Assembly (NCBI GenBank): GCA_045596125.1
Contig: JAZOBT010000089.1
Span: 1-61,921 of the forward strand
DNA length: 61,921 nucleotides
Reading direction: 5' to 3'
From: Acutalibacteraceae bacterium
GTDB lineage: Bacteria > Bacillota > Clostridia > Oscillospirales > Acutalibacteraceae
Shown: positions 1-10,318 of the stretch, piece after piece
Position numbering within the stretch: the stretch's first letter is position 1
Layout of the letters: every line of letters starts with the position of its first letter
Notes under the pieces: model-generated
Told to the model about the DNA's origin: nothing
What the model saw: the letters and a program-made list of their open reading frames with translations, nothing else
Database searches by the model: none
Translations under genes and position numbers: made by a program

Positions 1-123
1 GAAGCCCTGCGGAACCGGCAGGCCGAGGCCCGTCATTTCCGCCAAGTTGGCGCCTTTACCGCCCAGCAACTCACGCATTTTTGCGTTACCTTCGCTGAAC
101 AGGTAAACATACTTGTAACTCAT
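1..123 (-). CDS. ppdK: pyruvate, phosphate dikinase, first 41 codons (gene continues left of the window)
   Basis: Reverse translation from ATG at 123-121 gives [41 protein letters not shown], the conserved PPDK N-terminus. Confidence 0.8.
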   Translation of the reverse strand, partial: MSYKYVYLFSEGNAKMRELLGGKGANLAEMTGLGLPVPQGF

Positions 124-396
124 TCTTACAGTCATCCTCTCTTTATTTTCAACTTTTTTCAGAGACAACCTGCGTATGCCGCAAAACGCCAGCATACCTG
201 TTTGTTATTATACCAAAATTTTCATGGTTTGCAAAGCACTTTTTTATATTTTTTTAATTTTATCATTTTAGCCAGTATTTTATACGAAATGCATCGTTAT
301 CTTGTAAAAAATATTGCCAAAATTGCGAAAGTGCGGTATTCTTTAAGTAATTTTTAAGTTTTCTTGCTATACTGCAGGAGAACGGAGGGGTGTTCT

Positions 397-1071
397 GTGC
401 GTTTATTGCTGGCTGAAGATGAACGTGAACTTTCCAACGCCTTGGTTGCTATCTTAAAACACAATCATTATTCCGTGGATGCCGTGTACGACGGCGAGAC
501 GGCGCTGGATTATATACTGGGTGGTTGCTATGACGGTGTGATACTGGATATTATGATGCCGAAAATGGACGGCATTACCGTGTTGCGCCGCGCGCGGGAA
601 CAAGGTTGCTCGCTTCCTATACTGCTGTTGACCGCCAAATCCGAGATCGACGACCGCGTTGCGGGCTTGGATGCAGGAGCAGACGATTATCTCACCAAAC
701 CGTTCGCCACCAAAGAACTGATGGCACGCATCCGCGCCATCACGCGCCGCCAAGCCGAGGTCATCCCGTCGGTGTTGCAGGTCGGCAATGTATCGTTGGA
801 TTGTCTGCGATTTGAACTATCCACCGACAAAGGTGCCTTCCGTTTGGCAAACAAAGAATTTCAAATGATGGAGATGTTGATGACCCACCCCGGCATCCGC
901 ATTACCACCGAACAGTTTATGGAACGCATTTGGGGATATGACAGTGATGCCGAGATCAATGTAGTGTGGGTATACCTATCTTACCTGAGAAAGAAATTGT
1001 CCTCGTTAGAAGCGAACGTGCATATTCGTGCATTCCGAGGCTTGGGATATACATTGGAGGTCTTGCCGTGA
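397..1071 (+). CDS. OmpR/PhoB-family response regulator
   Basis: GTG start (VRLLLAEDE) after GGAGGGG. Receiver motifs DGVILDIMMPKMDG and LLLTAK, plus a winged-helix C-terminus (RGLGYTLE). Confidence 0.9.
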   Translation: MRLLLAEDERELSNALVAILKHNHYSVDAVYDGETALDYILGGCYDGVILDIMMPKMDGITVLRRAREQGCSLPILLLTAKSEIDDRVAGLDAGADDYLTKPFATKELMARIRAITRRQAEVIPSVLQVGNVSLDCLRFELSTDKGAFRLANKEFQMMEMLMTHPGIRITTEQFMERIWGYDSDAEINVVWVYLSYLRKKLSSLEANVHIRAFRGLGYTLEVLP

Positions 1072-2279
1072 TTCGTCAACTACGTCGCCGGTTTATTGTT
1101 GTTTCGATGGTATCGGTAGTTGTTGTGCTGTTTGTGCTGATGCTGGGCATCAACATCACCAACGCAGTTCGTGTGGATCGATCCGCAAACGATATTCTCA
1201 CCGTACTTTCCGAGAACCAAGGATCGTTCCCGTCTGCTAACGGGCGCCCTCATTCACGTCCGTTGCCCTCTCCCGAAACGCCGTTTGAGACCCGCTACTT
1301 TTCCGTACTTTTGAACACAGACGGGACAGTGCGCCGCGTCAACACCGGTTATATTGCGGCAGTCACCCCCGATACCGCCGTGCAATACGCCCAACGTGCT
1401 TTTACGCAAAGTAGAGAACAAGGCTACACCTCGGTGTACAAATACCGTCGCATCGATACAGAGTCAGGCATCTTGTATCTCTTTTTAAATCGCGAAAGAG
1501 AACTATCTACATTGCGTTCTTTTTTTCTGTCCAGCCTGTACATTTCGCTGATCGGCATTGCGGCAGTATTTGTGCTGATACTGTTCCTATCGCGGCGCGC
1601 CATCCGTCCCATTGCCGAAAGTTATGAAAAACAAAAACGGTTTATCACGGACGCCAGTCACGAATTAAAAACGCCGTTGACCATCATCGATGCCAATACC
1701 GAGGTGTTGGAACTGGAACAAGGCGAAAACGAATGGACAACCAGTATTCGAAACCAAGTAACGCGGTTAGCCTCGCTGACCGATTCGCTCACTGCCTTGT
1801 GCCGTATGGAAGAAACGGGAAGTGCACGCAACACGGTGGAATTCTCGTTATCCAACGCGGTGCGCGAAACCTTGGAACCGTTTGAGGCCCCTGCACGATT
1901 GAACGAAAAACAACTCATCACCAACATTGAAAACGGCATTACGCTGAACGGTGACGAGCGCGCCATCCGTCAACTGGTTTCGCTGTTGGCAGATAATGCT
2001 GTGAAATACGCCGAGGAAGGCGGGAGCATTGTGTTTTCGTTGTACCGTCAAGGGAAACACCGTGTACTGTCTTGTTACAACCCTGTTCACTCCATTGAGA
2101 TCGGCAATCAAGATCGCTTGTTTAATCGCTTTTACCGCGCGGATCCCTCCCGTTCCTCTGACATCCGTGGTTCAGGAATCGGGTTGTCCATCGCCAAAGC
2201 CATTGTGGAGTCTATGAATGGGCATATTACGGCGCACAGTGAAGACGGTCGTTCGCTGTGCATCACCGCCGTTTTTTGA
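1068..2279 (+). CDS. sensor histidine kinase (HisKA + HATPase_c)
   Basis: GTG at 1068 overlaps the regulator stop (GTGA). Has an N-terminal TM helix, H-box ITDASHELKTPLT, and G-box GSGIGLSIAKAIV. Confidence 0.9.
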   Translation: MIRQLRRRFIVVSMVSVVVVLFVLMLGINITNAVRVDRSANDILTVLSENQGSFPSANGRPHSRPLPSPETPFETRYFSVLLNTDGTVRRVNTGYIAAVTPDTAVQYAQRAFTQSREQGYTSVYKYRRIDTESGILYLFLNRERELSTLRSFFLSSLYISLIGIAAVFVLILFLSRRAIRPIAESYEKQKRFITDASHELKTPLTIIDANTEVLELEQGENEWTTSIRNQVTRLASLTDSLTALCRMEETGSARNTVEFSLSNAVRETLEPFEAPARLNEKQLITNIENGITLNGDERAIRQLVSLLADNAVKYAEEGGSIVFSLYRQGKHRVLSCYNPVHSIEIGNQDRLFNRFYRADPSRSSDIRGSGIGLSIAKAIVESMNGHITAHSEDGRSLCITAVF

Positions 2280-2348
2280 AGCCTCTCTTTTAGGTTACTT
2301 TTAGTTTTCTTTGATACAGTAACATCCGTAGGGAGGTTTTCGATTGCA

Positions 2349-3047
2349 ATGACCGAACGCTTTGAACGATACGAATTAAAATATCGTCTGACCCTCGCAC
2401 AGTACGAGCGGCTGATGGCGGCCTTACAGCCCCACCTCATCCCCGATCGGTACCACCACAGTGTCATTGGAAGTTTGTATTACGACACACCCGATCGGCG
2501 GCTGATCCGCCATTCCCTTGAACATCCAATCTACAAAGAAAAACTGCGCGTGCGCAGTTACGGTGCGGTTTCCCCCGATGATCGCGTGTTTGTGGAACTG
2601 AAAAAGAAATACGATCACATCGTGTACAAACGACGAATTGCTATGACAGCAAGCGAAGCCAACGTTTTTCTTGCTAACGGCGCTTGTCAGCAAACCGACA
2701 CACAAGTCGCGCGTGAAATTGCGTATTTTTGCACGCAGTATCCGTCCTTACAACCCGCTATGCTGTTAATATACGACCGCGAGGCATACATAACAAAAGA
2801 AGATCCGCAATTACGTATCACCTTCGACCACCGCGTGCGTTTTCGGGAACACGACTTACAGTTGAGCGACCTGGAACGCGGCACCTTGTTGTTGCCCGAC
2901 GAGTGCTTGTTAGAAGTCAAAACAGCAAACGCGTTACCGTTTTGGTTATTACGATTACTCGAAGAAGAGCATCTGTATCGTTCTTCCTTTTCCAAATACG
3001 GAACCGCTTTTTTAACACTAGCCAAAACCGCAGGAGGTATGGTATAA
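2349..3047 (+). CDS. VTC-domain (CYTH-like, polyphosphate-polymerase-domain) protein
   Basis: N-terminus RFERYELKYRL...GSLYYDTPD...KEKLRVRSYG and LEVK are typical of bacterial VTC/CYTH tunnel-fold proteins. Confidence 0.75.
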   Translation: MTERFERYELKYRLTLAQYERLMAALQPHLIPDRYHHSVIGSLYYDTPDRRLIRHSLEHPIYKEKLRVRSYGAVSPDDRVFVELKKKYDHIVYKRRIAMTASEANVFLANGACQQTDTQVAREIAYFCTQYPSLQPAMLLIYDREAYITKEDPQLRITFDHRVRFREHDLQLSDLERGTLLLPDECLLEVKTANALPFWLLRLLEEEHLYRSSFSKYGTAFLTLAKTAGGMV

Positions 3048-3736
3048 TGACAATAGAAACCTTATTTAACAACGTCGTGGGCAACCAAACCACGATGACA
3101 CCCGCTGTTTTTCTGCTGTGCATGGGCACGGCACTGGTGCTGGGCGCCGTGTTGGCTTTACTGTACCACCTAACCGCCCGCTCCACACGCAGTTTCACCG
3201 TCACGTTGGCATTGCTCCCCGCGGTGGTATGCGTTGTCATTTTAATGGTCAACGGCAATCTCGGCACGGGTGTCGCGGTAGCGGGCGCTTTCAGTTTGGT
3301 ACGTTTTCGTTCCGCGCCCGGCACAGCACGGGAGATCGGCGCTATTTTTCTGGCGATGGCGACCGGGCTCGCCGCCGGTATGGGGTATTTAGGCTATGCC
3401 GCACTGTTCACGGTGATCATTGGCATCGTTCTGTTTGTGTATGAAAAGATTGCACAAACGGCATCCCGCCGTACGTGCGATAAGATTCTGCGTATCACGA
3501 TTCCCGAAAATTTGGATTACGGCGACGTGTTCCGCGATCTGTTTGAAACATACACCTCACGCTACTGCTTGACCCGTGTAAAAACCACTCATTTAGGAAG
3601 CCTGTTTCGGTTGACCTATACCGTCACTTTGCGGGACGCATCCCAAGAAAAAGAATTTATTGACGCACTCCGTTGCCGCAACGGTAATTTGGAAATCAGT
3701 TGTTCGTTGCGGGAAACCGAGTCCGAAGTACTCTGA
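3047..3736 (+). CDS. DUF4956-like membrane protein
   Basis: ATG at 3047 overlaps the VTC stop (TAATG). Several TM helices and an FSLVRFRSAPGTAREI motif. The tracked ORF start at 2729 is a spurious extension. Confidence 0.7.
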   Translation: MTIETLFNNVVGNQTTMTPAVFLLCMGTALVLGAVLALLYHLTARSTRSFTVTLALLPAVVCVVILMVNGNLGTGVAVAGAFSLVRFRSAPGTAREIGAIFLAMATGLAAGMGYLGYAALFTVIIGIVLFVYEKIAQTASRRTCDKILRITIPENLDYGDVFRDLFETYTSRYCLTRVKTTHLGSLFRLTYTVTLRDASQEKEFIDALRCRNGNLEISCSLRETESEVL

Positions 3737-3756
3737 TCATAAAGGAGGTAGTCATT

Positions 3757-4557
3757 ATGGTACTGACCCGCGATATCGCCTATCACCAGCAAGGCCGCGT
3801 GCCGTCGGTGCGTCACTCGCACACCGACAGCGACTCGTTGGAGATCATTCAAATTTTATCGGGCGACGGGAACGCGCTCATCGGCGATCAAACGTACCCC
3901 CTTTCCCCCGGTATTTTGCTGTTCATCGATGCGTCTGCCATTCATTCGCTCAACCCTCAATCCGAAGACGATTACTGCCGCAACAAGCTTATTGTTTGTC
4001 GCAGTACGATTGAAAAAGCATTGGGGGTAGTCAACGCCACCTCGTTATTGGAAACGTTTGAGGAAAACGGCGGCGCGTGCTTTACACTGGAGCCGGAACT
4101 CGCCGGTGAAATTGACGATATCTTCCGTGTCATGGCAGAAAAGAACGGCGAAAACGCTGTGGTGTTCCCCGCTTTTTTGCGTATTCTCACAATGCTGACA
4201 CCACAAGATCGCCTGTATGCGGAAGCATCCGATGCGCGCGTAGCGCGTGTGCTGCATTATCTTCACACCCGCTACACCGAACCCATTACGATTGATACAC
4301 TGGCGGAGGACGCACATATCAGTAAATATTATTTGTGCCGTTTGTTCCGCGCGAGTACGGGTATGAGCATCGTGCAATATCTCAACGAACAACGTATGAC
4401 TTCGGCGCGGCGACTGCTCGCACAGACCCGCCGCCCCATCACCGCCATCGCGGAAGATTGTGGGTTCGGCAGTGCATCTCATTTTTGTGCGCTGTTCCGC
4501 GAACGCGAGGGAATGACCCCGCGCGATTTCCGCAATCTCCACAGCCGCCGCCTGTAA
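3757..4557 (+). CDS. AraC-family transcriptional regulator (cupin N-domain)
   Basis: AAGGAGG RBS 7 nt upstream. C-terminal double HTH (YYLCRLFRASTGMS ... GFGSASHFCALFRE). Confidence 0.85.
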   Translation: MVLTRDIAYHQQGRVPSVRHSHTDSDSLEIIQILSGDGNALIGDQTYPLSPGILLFIDASAIHSLNPQSEDDYCRNKLIVCRSTIEKALGVVNATSLLETFEENGGACFTLEPELAGEIDDIFRVMAEKNGENAVVFPAFLRILTMLTPQDRLYAEASDARVARVLHYLHTRYTEPITIDTLAEDAHISKYYLCRLFRASTGMSIVQYLNEQRMTSARRLLAQTRRPITAIAEDCGFGSASHFCALFREREGMTPRDFRNLHSRRL

Positions 4558-4567
4558 TATGTATGCG

Positions 4568-4600
4568 AAAGAGGAGCAGGATGATCCTGCTCCTCTTTTA
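4568..4600. terminator. hairpin terminator between convergent genes
   Basis: AAAGAGGAGCAGGA-TGA-TCCTGCTCCTCTTT followed by T residues. Confidence 0.6.
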
Positions 4601-5107
4601 CGATTTACTTTGAAAATTGGAAAAGGTAACGGTCAACGGAAGCGAGGGCACCGACAAGCTCAGCGGCACCCCGCTGTTGCCGTCACAAACGAGCTCATAG
4701 GCACCGTTGGCGCCATTACCTGCAACAACCAACTTGCCGTCGGTCAATTTTCGTTCCCCTTCGCCACGCAACGCCGTGTCCAGCGCTGCTATGATCTCCT
4801 TGCCCAGTGCACTTTCGGGCACCGTGTTGGGATCAATAGAAAAATCTAACCCTAACATACTGAGTTTCACCGTATCCCCATCCCAACGCACCGTCAGTCC
4901 TTTGAGGGTATCGGGTTTGTCAAACTCCAACGTCAATGTGCCGGCGGTCGCGCGTGTGAGTGTCCCCTCCACCGCCAGATCGCGATACAAAGCTTGTATG
5001 GTACACGTAAACTGTTCCCCCACGGGCTCTGCCGCCGGCGCCGAACCACGGCACCCCGCTGTCAAACACAGTACCACCAAAACCATCCATACCGCACATC
5101 GGCGCAT
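4598..5107 (-). CDS. putative lipoprotein
   Basis: Signal peptide with lipobox (VVLCLTAGC). No recognisable catalytic motif. Confidence 0.7.
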   Translation of the reverse strand: MRRCAVWMVLVVLCLTAGCRGSAPAAEPVGEQFTCTIQALYRDLAVEGTLTRATAGTLTLEFDKPDTLKGLTVRWDGDTVKLSMLGLDFSIDPNTVPESALGKEIIAALDTALRGEGERKLTDGKLVVAGNGANGAYELVCDGNSGVPLSLSVPSLPLTVTFSNFQSKS

Positions 5108-5113
5108 TGCTCG

Positions 5114-5974
5114 TCACTCCTGTTGTTCTAATTGGAGAAACAATCCGCCGAGTTCGTCAATGATATCCGAAGGCAACATCGCGTGTTGCGACAAACGCGC
5201 CGCCGCGCGATCGCCCGCTGCGCCGTGCAGATACACCCCGCACCGCGCCGCGTCAAACGGGGATAACCCCTGCGCCAGCAGACCCGCGATCATACCCGCC
5301 AACACGTCACCACTGCCACCGACAGCCATACCGGGGTTGCCCGTGGTGTTGACCCACTCTTCGCCCGCAGGCGAAACCACAACGGTGTGATACCCTTTCA
5401 AAACGATGGTAGCACCTGTCAACTCCATCGCCCGACGGGCGGCGGCAAGCCGTGCACTTTGCACCTCTTGCACGGAGCAACCGAGCAGGCGCGACAACTC
5501 TTTCGGGTGCGGCGTTATGATCAACGGAGCGTGAACCGTTTCCCGTATATCTATATGCCGCGCCACCAAATTTATACCGTCGGCATCCAAAACAGCGGGG
5601 CAACGCGCCTCACTCAGCAACGCGTGCACCAACTCTCGTGTCCCCGCGCTCTGTGCCAAACCGCAACCGACCAGCAGTGCGGTCGCGCTTTGGAGTCGCG
5701 GCAACAAGTCTCCTGCCGCGCGTGCGCCCACCCCTGCATAGGGTGCGCACACCGCCTCCGGCACCGCCACGGCGATAATGGGATACACCGTCTCCGGTAC
5801 GGCGGCAACCAGCAACCCCGTTCCGCAACGCAGCGCGGCTTTGGCCGCCAACACAGCGGCACCCGCCATACCGTAACTGCCGCACACCGACAACAGCGTA
5901 CCGTAAGTCCCTTTATGACTGTCCGCCTCACGCGGCGGGAAACAACGCTTGATCTCTTTGAGCATCTCTGCCAC
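5114..5974 (-). CDS. nnrD: ADP-dependent NAD(P)H-hydrate dehydratase (YjeF C-terminal type)
   Basis: HKGTYGTLLSVCGSYGMAGAAVLAAKAALRCGTGL and GSGDVLAG motifs. Confidence 0.85.
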   Translation of the reverse strand: MAEMLKEIKRCFPPREADSHKGTYGTLLSVCGSYGMAGAAVLAAKAALRCGTGLLVAAVPETVYPIIAVAVPEAVCAPYAGVGARAAGDLLPRLQSATALLVGCGLAQSAGTRELVHALLSEARCPAVLDADGINLVARHIDIRETVHAPLIITPHPKELSRLLGCSVQEVQSARLAAARRAMELTGATIVLKGYHTVVVSPAGEEWVNTTGNPGMAVGGSGDVLAGMIAGLLAQGLSPFDAARCGVYLHGAAGDRAAARLSQHAMLPSDIIDELGGLFLQLEQQE

Positions 5975-6014
5975 CTCTTACGAAAAACGCGGGTGCCGCA
6001 TGCACCCGCGCCCT

Positions 6015-6548
6015 TTATTTATGCAGATCCTTTTGCACCAAACGCGGCAAACCGGCTTCAAATGCTTCCATTATCCGCTCATCAGGCTGAAACACGACCA
6101 AACTATGCCCTCTTTTTTTACTCCGATAATTAAAGTAGTACAAGCCTTCTTCTTTTTCGGACGGCGCCGCCATCACAACGCGATCGAATTGGCGACCATT
6201 GAATTTTTCGGGAACATACTGCCCCGCGCTCTCCACGCGTTGCAACGACACCGAAACCACCCGTTCGCGCTTACGGCGCGCAATAATCCGATCGATATCA
6301 ATATCTCCGTTGGTAATGCTGTACTCGTACTCGATATTCATACCCGTCAGCAACCACCACATACCGTATCCGAGCGGCAACATAAGAATCAGCGCCAACG
6401 TACCCAAAAACAAAAACGAAAACACGATCAAAATAGAGGTGAGTGCCATAATCAGCATCGCATACGCCACCTGCGTCTTTGTTTTCTTACGTACAATAAT
6501 TTGTTCCACAAACGTATCCAAATTTGTCACACCTTTCGCGTAGTCCAT
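6015..6548 (-). CDS. hypothetical membrane protein
   Basis: ORF with two TM helices. Start placed at MDYAKG to avoid overlapping the uvrC 3' end. Confidence 0.5.
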   Translation of the reverse strand: MDYAKGVTNLDTFVEQIIVRKKTKTQVAYAMLIMALTSILIVFSFLFLGTLALILMLPLGYGMWWLLTGMNIEYEYSITNGDIDIDRIIARRKRERVVSVSLQRVESAGQYVPEKFNGRQFDRVVMAAPSEKEEGLYYFNYRSKKRGHSLVVFQPDERIMEAFEAGLPRLVQKDLHK

Positions 6549-6585
6549 TAACGTATAGTATACTGCATCCCTCACCAAAAAGCAA

Positions 6586-8424
6586 TCATTTTTCCTCTTC
6601 AAAAAATCGAACGATCGCTTCTGCCGCGGGGCGCGTCATCCCTTTGACTGCCGCCAGTTGTTCCACCGTTGCCCCGCGAACCGCCGTCAGCGACCCGAAA
6701 TGCCGCAGCAACAGCGCCGCTCGTTTTTCACCCACACCCGGAATACCTGTCAGCGTACTCCCGATGGTGCGCTGCCGTTTCTGCCGATGATAACCAACAG
6801 CAAAGCGGTGCACCTCTTCTTGAATGGAGGATGCCAATGTAAAGGCCGCGCGACGGCCTTGAATCGCGATCTCGCCGCCCTCGGCGGTGATGGCGCGGGT
6901 GCGGTGATGCCCGTCTTTCACCAAGCCAAACACGGGAATACCGTATCCGAAACTGTCCACCAACGGTTTAACCGCCTCGACTTGCCCTTTGCCGCCATCC
7001 AGCAAAATTACGTTGGGCAATTCACCGAAGCCCTCGTCACCGCGGTTCTGTTCGTACTCCTTCAATCGCCGCTCCAACACTTCGCGCAGACAGGCTAAAT
7101 CATCCTGCCCTTGTACCGTGCGGATCTCAAAGCGGCGATATGCCCGTTTATCAGGCCGTCCGCCGCGAAATACGACCATTGCGCCCACCACATCGGTACC
7201 ACTCGTGTGCGAGATATCATAACTTTCGATACGATACGGTGTTTCGGATAACCCCAACAACTGTCGCAGTTCCTCTAAGGCAGAAACCTCACGTCCTCCC
7301 GTTTCCAACTGCCGTGCCACACGTTCCGCCGCATTGTCGCGGCACATCGCCAACAGTTGCGCTTGATTGCCCTTCTGCGGGAAAACCAATTTCACGGCAT
7401 AGCGTGCCCCGAGCGACGCGGCACGTTCGGTCAGCCAGCGCTCCAGCAACTCGCTGTCCTCCACAGGTCCATCCATCACCACGCGCGGCGGAATCGCATC
7501 GCGCATGGTATAATACCGCCGCAAAAACTCCGCTTTTGCCGCCGCCGTGTCCTCCACGGCGTCCATCATAAATTCTTCACGATCGGACAAAGCACCCGCG
7601 GTAAAGCGAAACACCTCAAAACACGCGGTGTTCCCCGCTTGCGCCAACGCAATAATATCCTGCCGCGGCACACGCGACTGTACGACTTTTTGTTTTTCGC
7701 CCAACTTTTCCAACGCACGAATACGGTCGCGTAACCGCGCCGCCGTTTCAAAATCCAGCGCCTCTGCCGCCGCGTGCATCCGTTGTGTCAATAGCGTGCT
7801 CAACTTGGCACTGCCTTGCGTGAGATACGTGATCGCCTGTTCCACTCGTTCGGCATACTCCGCTTCGCTCACCCGGCCGGTACATGGCGCACAACATTGC
7901 CCGATATGATGATTCAAACACGGACGCTCTCCGCGTTTGCCGTAGCATAACGCTTTTTTACAAGTGGACAGCTGAAACAACTTGTTCACTTCGTCCACCG
8001 CTTGCTTTAACACAAACGAACTCATATACGGGCCGATATAGCGCGCCCCGTCTTCCGTGCGTTGTTTCACCTCGGTAATGCGGGAATACGGCGGCGGGGA
8101 AACGCGAATATAGCGATAGCCCTTATCATCTTTCAGCAAGATGTTGTATTTCGGTGCATACTGCTTGATCAGCGAACATTCCAGCACCAACGCCTCAAAC
8201 TCACTGCCCGCTACGATATATTCAAAATGATCCACACGGCTTACCATCTGCCGCACCTTTTCGGTGTGGTTGGTATCCGACCCAAAATATTGGCTGACAC
8301 GGTTGCGCAATGCCTTTGCCTTGCCCACATAGATCACTGTATCCTGTGCATCTTTCATAAGATACACACCGGGTTGCAACGGCAATGCCATCGCTTCGCG
8401 CCGCAGTTTTTTGATCTTATCCAT
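6586..8424 (-). CDS. uvrC: excinuclease ABC subunit C
   Basis: GIY-YIG N-terminus (GVYLMKDAQDTVIYVGKAKALRNRV), UVR domain, and C-terminal (HhH)2. Confidence 0.95.
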   Translation of the reverse strand: MDKIKKLRREAMALPLQPGVYLMKDAQDTVIYVGKAKALRNRVSQYFGSDTNHTEKVRQMVSRVDHFEYIVAGSEFEALVLECSLIKQYAPKYNILLKDDKGYRYIRVSPPPYSRITEVKQRTEDGARYIGPYMSSFVLKQAVDEVNKLFQLSTCKKALCYGKRGERPCLNHHIGQCCAPCTGRVSEAEYAERVEQAITYLTQGSAKLSTLLTQRMHAAAEALDFETAARLRDRIRALEKLGEKQKVVQSRVPRQDIIALAQAGNTACFEVFRFTAGALSDREEFMMDAVEDTAAAKAEFLRRYYTMRDAIPPRVVMDGPVEDSELLERWLTERAASLGARYAVKLVFPQKGNQAQLLAMCRDNAAERVARQLETGGREVSALEELRQLLGLSETPYRIESYDISHTSGTDVVGAMVVFRGGRPDKRAYRRFEIRTVQGQDDLACLREVLERRLKEYEQNRGDEGFGELPNVILLDGGKGQVEAVKPLVDSFGYGIPVFGLVKDGHHRTRAITAEGGEIAIQGRRAAFTLASSIQEEVHRFAVGYHRQKRQRTIGSTLTGIPGVGEKRAALLLRHFGSLTAVRGATVEQLAAVKGMTRPAAEAIVRFFEEEK

Positions 8425-8441
8425 TCACCGTGTCACCTCCC

Positions 8442-8478
8442 AAATAAAAACGCAGCCGCATCATTGACGCGACTGCGT
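8442..8478 (-). terminator. rho-independent terminator downstream of ptsH
   Basis: Minus strand: ACGCAG-loop-CTGCGT followed by TTTTATTT. Confidence 0.55.
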
Positions 8479-8529
8479 ATCGGACGCCTCACAGTCCCGT
8501 GAAACCCCCGTCAAAATCAAAACACCCAA

Positions 8530-8793
8530 TTATTCAACAAAACCGGACTCGACAAGCGCCACCAACGCGTCAACCGCGGCTTCCTCGTCGTTGCCGTCTG
8601 CCGTAATACGGATCTGCGTGCCGCCGACAATACCCAGCGACAACACACCGAGCAGGCTCTTCGCATTCACGCGGCGTTCTTCTTTTTCCACCCAGATCGA
8701 AGACTTAAACTCATTCGCTTTCTGAATGAAGAACGTAGCCGGACGAGCATGCAGACCGACTTGATTCTGCACCAATACCTCTTTTACATACAT
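8530..8793 (-). CDS. ptsH: phosphocarrier protein HPr
   Basis: 87 aa. GLHARPA active-site His and KSLLGVLSLG Ser-46 region. Confidence 0.9.
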   Translation of the reverse strand: MYVKEVLVQNQVGLHARPATFFIQKANEFKSSIWVEKEERRVNAKSLLGVLSLGIVGGTQIRITADGNDEEAAVDALVALVESGFVE

Positions 8794-8860
8794 ACGAATA
8801 CCCCTCTCATCACTTTACCACGGCCGTATAGCGACCACATCATCTGTCAAACTATTATAT

Positions 8861-8888
8861 ATTATAGCACAAACTTTGGCGCGGTCAA
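8861..8888 (-). promoter_or_regulatory. putative sigma-A promoter of ptsH
   Basis: Minus strand: TTGACC, 16 nt, (TGC)TATAAT. Confidence 0.45.
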
Positions 8889-8998
8889 ATAAAATCGAGC
8901 AGATTTTTTCCCGTTTTTTCAATTTTGGTTGCCTGCCCTATTTTGATAAAAAAGCTCGTCCCCGATTTGGGCAACTTGACTATAAAAGTGAATAACTT

Positions 8999-9757
8999 TT
9001 AGTCAGTTTGCGCGGTAGATTCTCCCATCAAACGCTGCTGTTCCTGCAAAAACACCTGCTCACGCGGGGAAAGTTCGGCATTTTCCAGCATATCGGGTCG
9101 ATGCTTTAACGTGCGAATAAGCGATTGCTCCCGCCGCCACGCCGCAATGTTGGCGTGGTGACCCGTTAATAAGATGGGCGGCACTTCCCGCCCTTCCCAC
9201 ACGGCGGGGCGGGTATATTGCGGGTATTCGAGCAGCGACGCATAGTGGCTTTCTTCGGTAAAGCACTGCTCGTCCGACAGCACGCCGGGGATCATACGCG
9301 CCACACAATCGGTCAGCACCAAGGCGGGCAATTCGCCACCCGTCAGCACATAATCGCCAATGGAGATCTGCTCATCCACCAGCGCCTCAATGACGCGTTC
9401 GTCCACGCCCTCGTAATGGCCGCACAGCAAGCACAGGTCGGGCAGTTGCGCCAATTCCCGTGCACGTTGTTGCGTGAGCGTTTTTCCCTGCGGCGAAAGA
9501 TACACCAAATGCGGACGATGCCCCACTTGCTCACACACGGCGCGGAAACAATCCGCAATGGGCTGGGCAAACATGACCATGCCCATACCGCCGCCGTACG
9601 GGTAATCATCCACCTGCTTTTGGCGGTTCTCCGTATAGTCGCGTATTTGGTGAAAGCGCAGATCCAAAATCCCGCGGTTACGCGCACGGCCGATGATACT
9701 CTCCGCCATCATACGATCGCACGCTTCGGGAAATAAGGTCAAAACATCAATTCTCAT
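8999..9757 (-). CDS. trmD: tRNA (guanine37-N1)-methyltransferase
   Basis: MRIDVLTLFPE... and YPYGGGMGMVM motifs. Start moved to MRIDV. Confidence 0.93.
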   Translation of the reverse strand: MRIDVLTLFPEACDRMMAESIIGRARNRGILDLRFHQIRDYTENRQKQVDDYPYGGGMGMVMFAQPIADCFRAVCEQVGHRPHLVYLSPQGKTLTQQRARELAQLPDLCLLCGHYEGVDERVIEALVDEQISIGDYVLTGGELPALVLTDCVARMIPGVLSDEQCFTEESHYASLLEYPQYTRPAVWEGREVPPILLTGHHANIAAWRREQSLIRTLKHRPDMLENAELSPREQVFLQEQQRLMGESTAQTD

Positions 9758-10262
9758 CGTCAAACAATCCCAACATCGGAAAAATTCGTATCTCGTCGCC
9801 GTCAATATCGACTTTGCGGATCACCGACGGTATCGCGGGAATCAGCACCTCTTCGCCCGCTGCAGTGCGCATATGGTACACATCGTTGGCACCCGTGTGG
9901 CTGACATCGGTACATTCGCCGTACACTTCACCTGTATCATCGTCCACGATCGACAGTCCGATCAGGTCGGAGATAAAATACCGCCCCCGCTCCAACTTGA
10001 GGTCCTTGCGATCAAGATACAACATCTGCCCGCGCAACGCGGCGGCGGCTTCCACGGTATCCACGCCATCCAATTTAACGAGAGCAATATTTTTGTGCGC
10101 CCGTGCGTGCACGCGTACCGCACGCGCACCTGCGTCAAAATACAGCGTTTTCAGTTTTGCCAATACCTCCGGTGAATCACATTCCGGACGCACCCGCACC
10201 TCGCCGCGTACACCGTGGGTACCCACGATCTCACCGGCCTCCAAATAGCGTTGTTTCGGCAT
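9747..10262 (-). CDS. rimM: 16S rRNA processing protein RimM
   Basis: YLEAGEIVGTHGVRGEVRV and a PRC-barrel C-terminus. Conserved position upstream of trmD. Confidence 0.9.
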   Translation of the reverse strand: MPKQRYLEAGEIVGTHGVRGEVRVRPECDSPEVLAKLKTLYFDAGARAVRVHARAHKNIALVKLDGVDTVEAAAALRGQMLYLDRKDLKLERGRYFISDLIGLSIVDDDTGEVYGECTDVSHTGANDVYHMRTAAGEEVLIPAIPSVIRKVDIDGDEIRIFPMLGLFDDEN

Positions 10263-10318
10263 CGTACCCCTCCGTTCGAAAAGACCTCTCACAGAACAGT
10301 CTGTGAGAGGTGCTTCCA

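Noticed and set aside
2729-3046. N-terminal 106-aa extension of the DUF4956 ORF as tracked
   Set aside because: It lies entirely inside the VTC gene in another frame. The ATG at 3047 overlaps the VTC stop, and the sequence downstream of it is hydrophobic membrane-protein sequence.
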